Shown piece after piece: positions 63,195 through 64,000 of a DNA stretch of 64,000 nucleotides; position 1 is the stretch's first letter, and each line of letters starts with the position of its first letter. The position numbers were made by a program, and so were the translations under genes. The DNA is from Phoronis australis (Eukaryota; Animalia; Phoronida). The notes under the pieces are model-generated. The model ran no database searches, was not told the DNA's origin, and saw only the letters and a program-made list of their open reading frames with translations. The stretch is from assembly GCA_002633005.1 (NCBI GenBank), contig NMRA01000410.1, forward strand, positions 24,464-88,463, written 5' to 3'.

Positions 63195-64000
63195 TAGTGG
63201 GGGATTTAGAGGAGGCCGGGGCTAAGAGGGCCATAGCACCTGAGCTAGCTGTATGAAGACTAGCAGTGTACGTGGCTACCTAAGGGAGCCATGGCTCCAC
63301 CTAAAATTCTCCCTATTTGGCAGTTCGGGGGTGCGAACGTCTGACGCCGCAAAATCCTGGCTAACCGGCACTCTCCCCCCCCCCAAACTACAAATTCTGG
63401 ATCCGCCCATGGTACCTCGAGTATTTCTTGCAGCAAACCTCATGGGCGCGCGTCCGTGGTCACTACTAAAGGGGACGGTAGGCCAAGTGACAGGGGATAG
63501 CCTGGCGGCATGATGAAACCGTCTTGCCGGACGGCAATAACCTCCAATGGCGTTCCGACGAATAATGTCATTTTACCCGACGGATCCAGTGTACACATCA
63601 CTCGCGGAGCAGATAGGCCACAGTTAATTCCATCAACCTGCGACTCGCCAGCGCCAATCGTAAAATATATACGTGACAGTTTATTTGCATTATTTGACAA
63701 AACAATTTTACAGTTGAAAAAACGGAACATGTTTTTCTAAGTGAGCGCTCATCGACAGTAATGGCAATTCAGTGGCGGATCTAGAATATCACAAGGGGGG
63801 GGGCCAACATTTTGTCTGGTTGGAACCATTTGCGCAAACTGAACCACGATTGTAGATGCGCATAGCACCGAATGGGGGGAGGTCGGGAGGGGGGTTTGCC
63901 CCCCTCCCGCCCAGGAAATTTTTCTGTTTTTACCTCTAACAATCAAGCATTTTCCTTGATTCCTGAAGTATTATCCAAGAAAAAAAGGCAAAAAAAAAAA
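63195..64000. mobile_element. Cluster of GC-rich GGCGGATC-type MITE copies; the last runs off the window
   Basis: End ctggatccgcccatg at about 63397-63411 and start cagtggcggatctag at about 63770, with G/C homopolymer runs. Confidence 0.6.

Overview
This is AT-rich, intron-containing animal DNA, probably from a marine invertebrate bilaterian (hemichordate-like is my unverified guess); it is not prokaryotic. It holds two convergent protein-coding genes. On the + strand are the last five coding exons of DCAF11/WDR23 (2419-6545), a WD40 CRL4 substrate receptor. On the - strand is an HNF4 (NR2A) nuclear receptor gene with six coding exons (21719 to 13107). Beyond 21.7 kb there is no recognisable coding sequence: about 42 kb of presumed HNF4 first intron or upstream region, with three candidate first exons (donors at 40625, 46279 and 62173) and many non-autonomous DNA transposons. 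The most striking feature is a Helentron/DINE-1(HINE)-like element at about 35550-37282. Its internal ~145-bp tandem repeat, organised as a ~450-bp A-B-C higher-order unit, carries 11 same-orientation CTCF-like motifs. A decayed second copy lies at about 38008-38710, and an unrelated family with the same end architecture at about 44195-45105. Also noted: duplicated splice acceptors upstream of the HNF4 DBD exon, two introns absent relative to vertebrate HNF4A, back-to-back poly(A) signals between the two genes, and several palindromes. All calls were made by eye, with no database searches.
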